DNA of 64,000 nucleotides from Mycoplasmatales bacterium (GCA_014238055.1 JABABV010000002.1:4422-68421), one strand, 5' to 3'; numbered from the stretch's first letter, positions 23,886 through 35,358 are shown. The notes: a model not told the origin generated them from the letters alone. Numbers and translations: made by a program.

Positions 23886-24947
23886 CTAATAACCTTTAAT
23901 TTTTAAAGATTTCTTATTAATTATTTCTTCTTCAAATAACCTAGTTCCTTCTAAAACAGCCATTAAAGGATCTTGCGCTAAATGAACCGGGACTTGTAAA
24001 TAAGTTTCGATAAAGCGATTTATTCCTTTAAGTAAACTACCTCCACCAGCTAAAATGATTCCGTTTTTTACGATATCAGAAATTAGTTGTGGTGGCGTAT
24101 TTTGCATAATTTCAATAATTTTATTAATGATCATTTTAACATCATTGATTAAAATATTGCGAATTTCTTTAGTAGATAATTTAATTTTTTTCGGTAATGA
24201 AGTTAAAATATCGCGACCAGTAACTTCAAAAGTATTATTTTCAAAAGTATTATTTACAGTTCCTAATGCCATCTTAATCTCTTCAGCACTTTTAAAACTA
24301 ATTTGAACGTTATATTGATCTCTTAAATAATCATGAATACTGTTATCTATATAGTTTCCAGCAACTTTAGTAGTGTCAGAAATAACGATATCTCCCAGTG
24401 AAATAATTCCAATATCAGTAGTTCCACCACCAATATCAACAACCATGTAACCGTTAGCTTCGTAAATGTTGATTCCGACCCCAATAGCGGCCATTTTTAC
24501 TTCCTCTTCAATGAAAGTATGACGAGCCCCTAAAGATTTAGCAACGGCGGCAATCGCCTCTTTTTCAACTTTAGTAACTTCCGAAGGAACGGCTAACAAA
24601 ACAGTTGAACGTTTTAATAAATGTGATAACTTTAAAGTTTTAAAAATAAATTTAATAAACTTAACAGTTGTGTCAACATCACTAATTACACCTGATTGTA
24701 ATGGTTTGATAATTTCCATATTTTTATTTTCTTTACCAAACATACGATCAGCAGTTTCACCAACAGCAATAACTGAGTTACTCATTTTATCGATTGCTAC
24801 AGTAGTAGACTCATTAAAAACAATTCCATGTTTTTTAACATAGATTAAAGTGTTTACTGTACCTAGGTCGATACATATATATTTTTTATTACGAATTCTT
24901 AAAGAATTTTTTCTTAAAAATATTTTTTTAAATGTTTGTGATTTCAT
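23886..24947 (-). CDS. mreB: actin-like cytoskeletal protein MreB
   Basis: Intact 353-aa ORF. Motifs IDLGTVNTLIYV, PLQSGVISD, VVDIGGGTTDI, LAGGGSLLKG and AQDPLMAV align with canonical MreB. Confidence 0.88.
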   Translation of the reverse strand: MKSQTFKKIFLRKNSLRIRNKKYICIDLGTVNTLIYVKKHGIVFNESTTVAIDKMSNSVIAVGETADRMFGKENKNMEIIKPLQSGVISDVDTTVKFIKFIFKTLKLSHLLKRSTVLLAVPSEVTKVEKEAIAAVAKSLGARHTFIEEEVKMAAIGVGINIYEANGYMVVDIGGGTTDIGIISLGDIVISDTTKVAGNYIDNSIHDYLRDQYNVQISFKSAEEIKMALGTVNNTFENNTFEVTGRDILTSLPKKIKLSTKEIRNILINDVKMIINKIIEIMQNTPPQLISDIVKNGIILAGGGSLLKGINRFIETYLQVPVHLAQDPLMAVLEGTRLFEEEIINKKSLKIKGY

Positions 24948-25214
24948 TAGCTTGATGCCCCCGATTTCATAGCGGTACTATTAACTATATGATAATCTAA
25001 ATTAACGATTATGTTAAGTTAATAAAGATAAATTTTATCTTTTCATTAATTTATATATATGGTATAGTATTTATTAAACAAAGCGCTATTTATTGTTATT
25101 TCTTTTATAATATTTATAAGGTAATAAATATGCGTATTTAAGATTATATATTAACACAAAGATTACCAATATATTTAAATAATATTATGTTTATCATAAC
25201 AAGAGGAGACAAAT

Positions 25215-26894
25215 ATGGCAACAGCTAATTTTTTTGCCGCAGGCGGAATAGATGAATTAGGAAAAAATATGTACGTTATTGAAGTAAATCAAAAGATGTA
25301 TCTTTTTGATTGTGGGACTAAAGTTCCTGAAAGTGGTAGATTAGGAATCGATACAATCGTTCCTAATATCAATTTCTTCAAAAAAAATAAAACTAACATC
25401 GTAGGATTGTTTGTATCAAACGGACAAGAACAAGTGATCGCCGGAATACCACATTTATTTCGTCAATTACAAGTTGATATTTATTGTTCTAATACAACAG
25501 CTTTTTTAATTAAAAGTAAATTAATTAAAGCAAAGATGCAAGAATTTTTTAAATTCATTAAAATTATCAAACCAAAACAACAACTAAAATTTCCAGGTGA
25601 CGTTAAAATCGAACCTTTTGCAGTAACTTGTTCATTACCTGGTGGATTTGGATATGCTTTAACTACGGAAGATGGAAACTTTATTTACATTAGTGATTTT
25701 ATTTTCGATACTAATGATTTAATAGCTCGCAATTTAGATATGCGTCATCTTGCTTCAATCGTTAATAGAAACAAAACAATTGCTCTATTTACGGGTAGTC
25801 AAAACGCTTCTAAAAACAGTTTTACAGCACCTAATCATACGATTACTAAATGAATTGAATGACCGTTTATCGATGCTAAAAACCGTATTATTGTTTTTGC
25901 TTACGAAGAAATGCTTTATAACATTCTTGAAGTAATTAAATTAGCGAACCGTTATAATAAAAAAATTGTAATTCGTGGAAAAACTTGTTTACAATTATTA
26001 CAATCATTACGTCAAACTAATCCTATTTTGAAAAAAGCACGCTTTATTGACGGGGAAAATTTAACTGTTGAAGAAGAAAAAAATGTAGTTATTATTATCG
26101 CTGATCGCTGAGAAAGTTTATATCCAAAAATGGAACAAATCGGAATCGGAAATAATAAAAAGATTTCTATTAAAGAAACAGATACTGTTTTAGTAACATC
26201 AGTTCCTCAACCAGGAGTTGAACGTTTAGCAGCTGGATCACTAGATGAAATCGCTAAAAACGAATGTAGTATTTCATTAGTACCAAGAAAAAAACATTTT
26301 CTATTAAATCCAGGAGCGGAAGATATTAAATTAATGGCAAATATTTTACAGCCAAAAGTTTTCGTGCCGATTAAAGGGTTATTTAAAAACATGAAAGCTG
26401 CAGCTGATTTATTTACTGATTATAAAGATATCACTACATTATTAATAAGTAACGGAGAAATGATTTCTTTCCAAGATGGCGAATTAGTTAAAAAACGTCG
26501 TAAAGTTAATGTTGGACAAGATGTTATGGTTGATGGTGGCGGAATCGGTCACGTCGGTGTAGAAATCATTCACGAAAGAGAAATGCTTTCTCGTGATGGG
26601 GTTGTTGTTTTAGGGATCATGCTTGATCGTAACAATAATCATAAATTAGTTGGTGACATTGATATTCAAATGCGTGGAGTAGTTTATGTTGACGAAAAAA
26701 CTAATGAACTATTTAATTTATTAAAAGAACGCGTTGCCAATGTTATTGACGATTATTTAGAAACTATCCATACTAATAAAACATCTTTTGTTAATCGTGA
26801 AGCTACTAATGTGATTCGTCGTAAAACGATGCGTGTAGTATTAAAGAATACTAAAAAATCACCAATGGTAATTCCAGTAATTATCGAAGTTTAA
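25215..26894 (+). CDS. RNase J-family protein with degenerate catalytic motifs
   Basis: Collinear with RNase J1 from GGIDELGKN to the C-terminal PMVIPVIIEV. Fragments 25215, 25911 and 26130 are in one frame. HGHEDH is replaced by SNGQEQV. Confidence 0.85.
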
Positions 26895-26907
26895 AACTTT
26901 ATTTATT

Positions 26908-26935
26908 AAAAAGCAATTTAATTGCTTTTTATTTT
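26908..26935 (+). terminator. rho-independent terminator
   Basis: aaaagcaat / attgctttt stem followed by a T-run. Confidence 0.7.
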
Positions 26936-27045
26936 TATAAAAGTCCTTTTTAAATAAAAGGGCTCTTTTTAATGCTATAATTATTATAAGTAATAGAGAC
27001 TAATATTAGTCGTAAATATATCTTATTTAAAAAGGAGTTATAATT

Positions 27046-29682
27046 ATGGAGCGAATTCTAAATTATAAATTAAAAAATGACAAACATACTTTAAGTATTA
27101 TTGCTTTAATCGTTTTGTTGTTAATGCTTTTAGGAGCATATATACCAAATTTTTATCTTTTTGCCACATTACATGGCTGAACTTTTGGATTTTTATTTGG
27201 CGAGTGACATCCATTAGCATATTTGTTTACAGGACTAGCTTTAATGAAACACATTTTAAAAAACAGCAAGCATCATTTGCCGCCGTTTTTACGCATGCAT
27301 TATATTAACTATATATTTATTTTTATAATATTTAGTTTAACGATTACTGTCGTTAATTTTAATGTTGTCAATAATACTCATCAAGGATTCACTAACGCTA
27401 TTAATTATTGATGAAATAACGCTAGTGGGGGAGATTGATATCGTTTAGTAGATCAAGATGGCGGACTGTTAGGAGCTTTTTTATATGGCTCAGCGACGCA
27501 ATTCATATCAGTTGCTATCTTTATGCCAATAATGATTGTGTTATCAATTTTTGCTTCTTTATTGTTTATTGCTGGTAGTTGATATAATTTATGACATTTC
27601 ACTTCAGCGATTTTCAATAGTAAAAGACGTTTGAAAGATCCGTCAAAAAGCTATCATGAATATGAATATCATATGGAAAAATTAAAAAATATCGAAAGTG
27701 GCCATCACCGCCATTTAAAAAATAAAGTTTCTGAATTAGTTGCTGATAAAAAACGAATTCACAAAGAACTAAAAACAGCTAATTTTTCGGAAATGGAATC
27801 TCTTTCTAATAATGAAAAAGGGCATCCTCAAGTAATTAATGACGCTAAAGAAAAACTTTTTGATAGTACTACTTTAAGTGATCGAGGCGAACATAAAGTT
27901 GAAAAAGTTGCTACTAACAATGATGTGATTGAAGATATTAATAAAAAATTAAGTAACGTTAACTTATCACCGATAATTGGTGATTTAGATAAAATGAATT
28001 CTTCTGAAATTGAAGAGTTTTATAATAAATCTGGAGTTACTTCAAATGATAGTAAAGAATCTGTTGGAGATGGCGCTCAAAACTATGAATACGACAATCA
28101 CGATGAAAGCGGAAGCGATGAAGTCGTAGAACAAGTCGATTCGTATGAAGATAACAATAACGATAACAATAATGAAACTAATTCTTTTAGTTCAGATTTT
28201 GAATATAGTTTTGCTAATAACGGAGCAGCAGCAAACGATCACAACGATGTTGAAGATAATTATAATCAATATAATAACGAAGATAATTTAAACAATGATT
28301 ATAATCAATACGATAATGAAGTTGAAAGCAATCTTAGCGATGAAGCTCTAGTTGATGGATTTTTAAGCGAAGATAATAATGATAGTTACGAGGAAGGTGA
28401 AAGTTATGATGATGATAATGATGAATCAGATTATGACTTCTCTACCAGGAGGGCAAAGGAGTTAAGTCTGATTTCGACTAATGAAATAGACTTTGAGGAT
28501 AGTTATAAACGTTATAATTCTAATAAATTATCACACCCTGACAATAATAGAAAACAACATAACGCTCAAGTAGAATGGTCTGAAAAGCATATTGAAACTT
28601 TAAATGAACTATTTGATTCATTTAAAGTTAAAGCGACTGCTAATAGTTATATCGTTGGACCAACTGTAACTAAATTTTTAATTCATCCTAGTCCTGGAGT
28701 TTTATTAAATAAAATCAGTAATTTAAAAGATAATTTAAAATTAATTTTAGCAGCTAAAACGATTCGTATTGAAGCGCCAATTCCAGGAACTTCTTTCGTT
28801 GGTATTGAAGTTCCTAACGTTAATTGTCAAACAGTAACTATTAAAGAAGTAATTACTAATTTAGAAATTGATGATGAACTAAATCCTCTAGCGATCGGTC
28901 TTGGTAAAGACATTAGTGGAAAAATAGTCGTTTTAGATATTAGTAAAGCGCCGCATTTATTAATTGCTGGAGCGACTGGTTCTGGTAAATCAGTTTGTAT
29001 TAATGGGATTATTAGTTCGATTTTAATGAAGGCGACCCCTGAACAAGTTCGATTGATTTTAATCGATCCTAAAAAAGTTGAATTAACTTCTTATGAAGGC
29101 GTTCCTCACCTACTATCACCAATTATTAATGATCCTGAAAAAGCAGCTTATATCTTAGACCAAATCGTAGTTGAGATGGAAGAACGTTATCAAGTGATGG
29201 CGCAACACAAAGTTAGAAATATTGATGCTTATAATAAATTAGCTGAAACTGAAGGTTTAGCAACGTGACCATCGATCGTCATCGTAATTGATGAATTATC
29301 TGACTTGATGGTAACTTCTTCGAAAGAAGTTGAAAAATCAATCATCCGCATTACTCAAAAAGCGCGTGCCTCAGGAATTCATTTAATCGTTTCTACCCAA
29401 CGACCATCAACTAACGTTATTACTGGTCTAATTAAAGCTAATTTACCTTCACGAATCGCTTTTGCTGTTAGTAGTCAAGTTGATTCAAGAACAATTATTG
29501 ACTTTAATGGTGCCGAAACTTTAATTGGTAACGGTGATATGTTGTTCTCATTATTCGGTAAAGAATTAATTCGCGTCCAAGGAACTTATATTTCTGATGA
29601 CGAGATTGATGAAATAATTGAATTTTCGAAAGAACAAGGCGATCCCCAATATAATGAATTATATAAATTTGAAGAAAAATAA
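27046..29682 (+). CDS. ftsK: DNA translocase FtsK/SpoIIIE
   Basis: RBS aaggag. N-terminal TM segments, an acidic low-complexity linker, Walker [15 protein letters not shown] and the gamma-domain region. Fragments 27223, 27631 and 29305 are in one frame. Confidence 0.88.
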
Positions 29683-29709
29683 AATACTAATTAATATTAG
29701 TATTTTTTT
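29681..29709 (+). terminator. rho-independent terminator
   Basis: aaaatactaat / attagtatttt stem followed by a T-run. Confidence 0.75.
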
Positions 29710-29801
29710 ATTATCTTTTTTGTATGACAAAATCTCTATATTTTTATAGTTATGTGGTATAATGTATTAAATCGTTTTTATTTTGAAAGGGAGTGATTTT
29801 T

Positions 29802-31532
29802 ATTATAAAAAAAATAATTAAGAAAAGTTTGTTTAGTTTAGGAGTAGTTTTACCATTAACTACTAGTGCAGTAATTATTACTAGTTGTGGTTATAATAAC
29901 AACAATGACAAGAATGACAACCACGATAATAAAGAGTGACAAACTTTTTTAGATGATGCTCAAAAAGCTAATGCAAATGAAATTGTAGATAACTCTAATG
30001 TATCTAATTGAAAAAAATTAAATCCTAAAAAAAACGAACTATTTTTAGGTAATTTTAAAATTAATAATAATAAAAGCATTTCCGTATCTATTCAATATTC
30101 AAAAATTGATTACAATCAAGTAATTGGAACTTTTTCGATCGATTATCAAGAAAATGTAGCATATGATGTTTCGAATTGAAATAGCGTTAACGCGCCAAAA
30201 CCTACTAAAGTTATCAATCCATATCAATATTGAACAGATTTTAAAAAAGAAGCTCAAAAAGCAACTGCAACAGATATTTTAACAGGTAGTGGCGGTGTTA
30301 AAGAGTGGGAAAGCGACTTATATTCAAAATTAGTTTTAGCTAATTTTGATGTTAATGATACAAAAGAAACTATTTCAGTAGTAGCAACAAATTATTTATC
30401 TCACTCAACAGTTTCTTTTACAATTACTTTTCATAAAATTAAATATAATATAAATCAATGAAAATATAATAATGATCTAAATTGTCAAATAATTATGAAT
30501 GATTCAATGCCAATTTATAGTTCTATATCAAAAATTATAAAAATAGATAATACGATATATATCGGAGATATTCAAGGTATTTGAACTTCTATCAATGATG
30601 GAAAAACATTTATTCTTAACGCTCAAATGAAAAATCATGATTCAAGTTTTAGTGGTTATAATATAAATAAAATTATAAAAATAGATAATACGATATATGT
30701 ATTAGCGCGACAAAACGGACTTTGAACCTCGACTGACGACGGAAAAACATTTAGTAAAAACAGTTCAATACCAACTAATAGTTCCATAATTCAAGTTATA
30801 AAAATAAATAATAAAATATATGTTATCTCTCATGATGAGATTGGTATGTATTATTCGATTGATAACGGAAAGACTTTTATCGGTGAAAACATTTACATTG
30901 AATTCTGGAGTTGTAAAATTGTAAAAATAGATAATACAATATATCTTGGAACTGACGAAGGACTTTTTAGTTCAGTTGACGATGGAAAAACATTTATAAA
31001 AAATAAATCTATTATGATAAATGATTATTATAATATTGCAATTGATAATATCGAAAAAATCGATAATAATATATATGTTTTAACTAATAGAGGAATTTTT
31101 AGATCGGTTGATAATGGTAAAAATTTTATTAAAAGCAACGCAATGGAAAAAGAATTTACATATAAGTCTAGACTTATAAAAATAGACAATACGATATATT
31201 ATCAAGATCAATATCAAGATCAATATAATGAATGTGGACTTTGAAATTCGACTGACGACGGAAAAACATTTAGTCAAAACAGTTCAATACCAGACGATGT
31301 CGTAGTTAATAAAATTACAAAAATAGACAATGAAATATATTGTGCTACTAATAAAGGATTATATATTTCGAATAATGATGGTAAAACATTTAGCCAAAGC
31401 AGTTCTTTTCCAAGTGATACTTATATTTATGAAGTTACAAAAATAAACCACACAATATATATTGGTGAAATATATATATATGATGAAAGTAACAAAAGTG
31501 GTGGATTGTGACAGCAACATTCTTTTCTATAA
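29802..31532 (+). CDS. lipoprotein: two copies of the paralog-family N-terminal module plus a seven-repeat BNR/Asp-box beta-propeller
   Basis: RBS agggag followed by a non-ATG start (ATT 29802 or ATA 29805). Lipobox IITSC. Seven repeats of I.KIDNTIY...GL..S.DDGKTF. The frame is continuous with track ORF 30846-31244. Confidence 0.7.
30520..31480 (+). repeat. seven tandem ~45-50-aa coding repeats (BNR/Asp-box blades)
   Basis: Asp-boxes TSINDGKTF, TSTDDGKTF, YSIDNGKTF, SSVDDGKTF, RSVDNGKNF, NSTDDGKTF and ISNNDGKTF, each preceded by (K)IDN.IY. Confidence 0.75.
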
Positions 31533-31666
31533 AAAAAGATATTATATTTAATCAAAATAAAAAATGACTATCTTTTGCAACAACTATGTTGTAAAAGTTA
31601 AAGTTCATTTTTTATTTTTAATTTATAGTTTGTTATAATATCATTACTAATATGGAGTTGATATAA

Positions 31667-33439
31667 ATGGCTATTTTTGAATTAGCGAATCGTTTAAAAG
31701 AAGTTAGTGACAAAGCAGGCGTTTATTGTTGACTAGATAAACATAAAAAAATTATTTATATTGGCAAAGCGAATAATTTAAAAAAACGCATGAATCAATA
31801 TTTAGTAAAAACTCATAATTATAAAATGACGAAGATGCTTTTAGAAATTGAAGATTTCAATTATATAATTACGAAGACTAGTGCTGATGCCTTGTTGTTA
31901 GAACAATCGATGATTAAAAAAGAAATGCCTTATTACAACATTCTTTTTAAAGATAACAAACGTTATCCATATGTCGTGATTACAAAAGAGGAATTACCAC
32001 GCTTATTAATCACTAGAAACATTAATAATAAAGATTATTTTATCGGTCCTTTTCCAGATGGTTCGGGAATTCGTAAAATAGTTAGTTTGATCCAAAGATT
32101 CTTTCCGTTGAGAAGATGCAGTACTAAGCAAAATAAAGCTTGTTTTTATAGTCATTTACATCAATGCATTAATTTAGTTTGTCGTCATGAAAGCGACAAC
32201 GATTTCGCGACTAATATTAAGAAAATTAAAGCGTTTTTTAATTCTAATTCAAGAGAGATAGTTAAACTAATCAAAGCTTTAATGGATCAAGCATCGGCAA
32301 TATACGATTATGAATCTGCCAATGAATATAAAAGTTTAATTAATTTGATTAATGACTTTATCAATAATAGTGAAGTCATCTTTAACGATTTAATTAATCG
32401 TGATGTGATTAGTTTTTATGTTGAAGATAACGTTTTAAATATTACTGTTTTTCAATATAAAGTTGGTAAATTACAATTAAGTCGTAATTTTATGTTTCAA
32501 ATTAAAACTTCGTTAATCGATGTTTTAGAACAATTTATAAATTATTTTTATGAAAATAATTTAGTTCCCAAAGAAATTATTATCGATCAAGATATGTTAA
32601 ACGATGTAATTAAAACTTTTTTAGATAATAGTCAAACAACTAAAAAAGTTACTATTACAAAATCTAAACAAGGTTTAAAAAAGAAAATCTTAAATCTAGT
32701 AGCTGAAAATAGTTTAAATTATTTTCAAAATCATATTAAAGATTTCTTACATGACGAAAAAGAAAAAGCCCAAATTAAGTTTCAATTAAGTGAATTACTA
32801 AAAGTTGAACGGATCTCTAATATAGCTGTTTTTGATAATTCACATTTTCAAGGGATTCATAATATTGGTGCCGTAATTATTAATAACGATTTTCAATTTA
32901 TTAAAAATGAATATCGTTATTATAAAATTGGTGATAGTTTTGGCGATGATTGTAAGACTTTTAAAGAAGTAGTTTATCGTTTTCTTCATAGTCGTTTAAT
33001 TAATAAAATCGCTTTACCTGATTTAATTATTATCGATGGTGCTTTAGCTCAATATCAAGTTGCTCAAAAAACGATTGCCGCTTTTAATTTGACAGACAAA
33101 ATTAGTTTAATGAGTTTAGTTAAAGATAACAAACATACTACTAAAAGTGCGATCGTTAATAACGAAGAAACGATTATTAAGAAACCCCTATTTTATTTTA
33201 TGGCAAAATTACAAACTGAAGTTGATCGTTTTGCAAAAGCAAAGATGCATGAACAACATCTCAAATATACGACAACAAATTCCCCTTTAAACAACATCAA
33301 AGGAATTGGAAAACAAAGGAAAGAAAAATTGTTAGCCGAGTTTAAAACAGTCTATAATATTAAAAAAGCTAGTCTAGAAGAATTGGCAAAAATTGTACCT
33401 TGAAATATCGCCCTAAAAATTAAAAGCGAATCGTTATAA
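31667..33439 (+). CDS. uvrC: excinuclease ABC subunit C
   Basis: GIY-YIG N-terminus (GVYCWLDKHKKIIYIGKANNLKKR) and C-terminal HhH (IKGIGKQRKEKLL). In frame with track ORF 31790-33403. Confidence 0.9.
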
Positions 33440-33453
33440 AAGGAGATAAAAAT

Positions 33454-33930
33454 ATGAAAAAAATATTATTAATATCTGACTCTCATGGTGATTGAGATGT
33501 AGTTTCTAAAATCTTTGAAAAAGAAGAAGGTAATTATGACTTTAGTATTTTTTTAGGAGATTTTGTACGCCAAGAACAATACTATATTAATAACTTTGAT
33601 ATAGCAGTTCCAGGAAATAATGATTGATCTTCAGAATTATCTAGGAAAGTTGAGTTTGTGATTAACGATCAATTGAAAGCAATTGCCTTTCATAGTGAAG
33701 AGTTTGGTTATTTTAATCGCGATCAGAAAATGGCACAATGAGCTCATGCTCAGAAAATAGATATAATCTTTTGTGGCCATACACACGTCCCTAAATTCGT
33801 AAAAATCAACAATGTAACGATTATTAACCCCGGAAGTTGCTCTTTGCCGCGTTCAAAAGAAGGAAAAACGTATGCAATTTTAGAAATTGAGAATGATAAT
33901 AATTTGAAATTTCATTTAAAAAATATTTAA
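33454..33930 (+). CDS. YfcE/MJ0936-family metallophosphoesterase
   Basis: Motifs ISDSHGD, LGDF, GNND, GHTH. RBS aaggag. Confidence 0.8.
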
Positions 33931-33975
33931 AAATAAAAAAAATTAAATTTTACCTTTTAATTAAGGTGATTTTAA

Positions 33976-33983
33976 TGTATAAT
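33976..33983 (+). promoter_or_regulatory. extended -10 element upstream of tRNA-Arg
   Basis: TGTATAAT lies 21 nt before the tRNA 5' end. Confidence 0.4.
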
Positions 33984-34004
33984 TTTTTCTGTGGTTAATT
34001 AAAT

Positions 34005-34081
34005 GCCCTCGTAGCTCAGTTGGATAGAGCACGCGCCTTCTAAGCGCGTTGCCGTGGGTTCGAATCCCTCCGAGGGTGCCA
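34005..34081 (+). tRNA. tRNA-Arg (anticodon TCT), CCA encoded
   Basis: Cloverleaf: acceptor GCCCTCG/CGAGGGT, D-arm GCTC..GAGC, anticodon stem CGCGC/GCGCG with loop CTTCTAA, T-loop TTCGAAT. Confidence 0.88.
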
Positions 34082-34446
34082 TTTTTTTTATGTCTTTTTT
34101 GAAGACGCCTAATTTAAAATACTTGTTGTAAATGAGTATTTTTTTATTTTTATTTTAAAAAATCCTAATTAAAAAAATCCTAAAAATCTACTATAGATAA
34201 GTAATACTCGACCTTTTTTAAATAATAATATTAAACTATTTTTATTGATTAAAAATTGTCATACACTCAATCTTGTCTTTTGTCGATTTTAATGTTATAA
34301 TAATATCTGTGTTAAATACATTTATACATACAAATATTTAAAAATTTTGTAACCTAAGTGTATTAATTTTTATTTTCATAAAACGAATTAAATAATAATG
34401 TTAAAAAATAAAAATAAAGAAAATTTTATAAAAAGGAGAAATTAAA

Positions 34447-35193
34447 ATGAAAAAATCTTTAAAAGTAATACTTTTTTCGTTGTCTATTGGATCAATGACA
34501 ACAGCTACTATTTCTACAGTTGTTAGTTGTGGTGTCTTCAATCCTGTTCGTCGTGATAACGGACCCGATAATAAACCATTTTCACCATTTTCAAACTTGC
34601 CACTTACACCTTTAGGACCAACTAACGGAATACCTTTAACGCCAGAAGGTGGAATACCTTTAGGACCAACTCATATCCCAGGTACAGCATTCGGACCAAC
34701 TCATATACCGGGAACAACATTTGGACCAACTAACGGAATACCTTTAACTCCGTCAAACTGAAGACCTTTAGGACCAACTAACGGAATACCTTTAGGACCA
34801 ACTCATATTCCAGGTACAAAATTTGGACCAACTCATATTCCAGGTACAACATTTGGACCAACTAACGGAATTCCTTTAGGACCAACTCATATCCCAGGAA
34901 CAAACATCGGGCCACTTCAACCGTTTAATCCTTGAACTAGATATAATATGACAAAAGCTATAAAAAATAATTGAAACTCTTCAGATATTAAATATGGAAG
35001 ATTATCATTAGATAATATATCTGCAGATAAAAAATGTTGACTAGGTATTCATTCTAGATACGTAGATATTCAAGGTCATTGATGACATGGAAGTCAAAAA
35101 GGTGCCTTTTGAGTCGGATTAGTTTATAACTATTCAATAAAAAGTTATTCTTTCTGATGACACGGTTATAATTCATTCTTGATAAAGTTTTAA
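34447..35193 (+). CDS. lipoprotein with Pro/Gly-rich tandem repeats and a Trp-rich C-terminus
   Basis: RBS aaggag. Lipobox TVVSC. Repeats GPTNGIPL and GPTHIPGT.F. Track ORF 34447-34761 continues through TGA codons to TAA 35191-93. Confidence 0.7.
34615..34914 (+). repeat. in-frame tandem DNA repeats (24-30-nt units in a higher-order pattern)
   Basis: ggaccaactaacggaatacctttA.. alternates with ggaccaactcatat.cc.gg.aca...tt., about ten units in total. Confidence 0.8.
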
Positions 35194-35225
35194 CGGTACT
35201 TTATAAAAGTATTTAAACTATTAAA

Positions 35226-35258
35226 ATAAAGGGTTATTAAATATCCCTTTATTTTTTA
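35226..35258 (+). terminator. rho-independent terminator
   Basis: ataaaggg / ccctttat stem followed by a T-run. Confidence 0.7.
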
Positions 35259-35358
35259 TTTAATGATAATAGATATTTAATATTATGTTATAATTTAAAA
35301 ATAAGCAGTAGTTAAATATAGTTAAATAATTACTGAACTATACGGAGGAAATTAAGAT

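Noticed and set aside
24055-24306. 83-aa ORF on the + strand inside mreB.
   Set aside because: It is antisense to a motif-complete conserved gene, has no RBS, and its hydrophobic low-complexity translation is typical of AT-rich antisense frames.
24947-24970. Seven-codon upstream ORF (MKSGASS) whose TAA overlaps the mreB ATG (TAATG).
   Set aside because: There is no RBS upstream of it. The GGGGG it contains is more simply the mreB ribosome-binding purine tract.
34082-34446. A possible integrated element next to tRNA-Arg: a 365-nt spacer followed by an accessory lipoprotein gene.
   Set aside because: There is no integrase or recombinase, and I found no repeat of the tRNA 3' end downstream. 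The spacer contains ordinary terminator and promoter signals.
34615-34914. Collagen-like triple-helix repeat.
   Set aside because: Gly does not recur with a period of 3. The units are 8-10 residues long (GPTNGIPL / GPTHIPGT.F).
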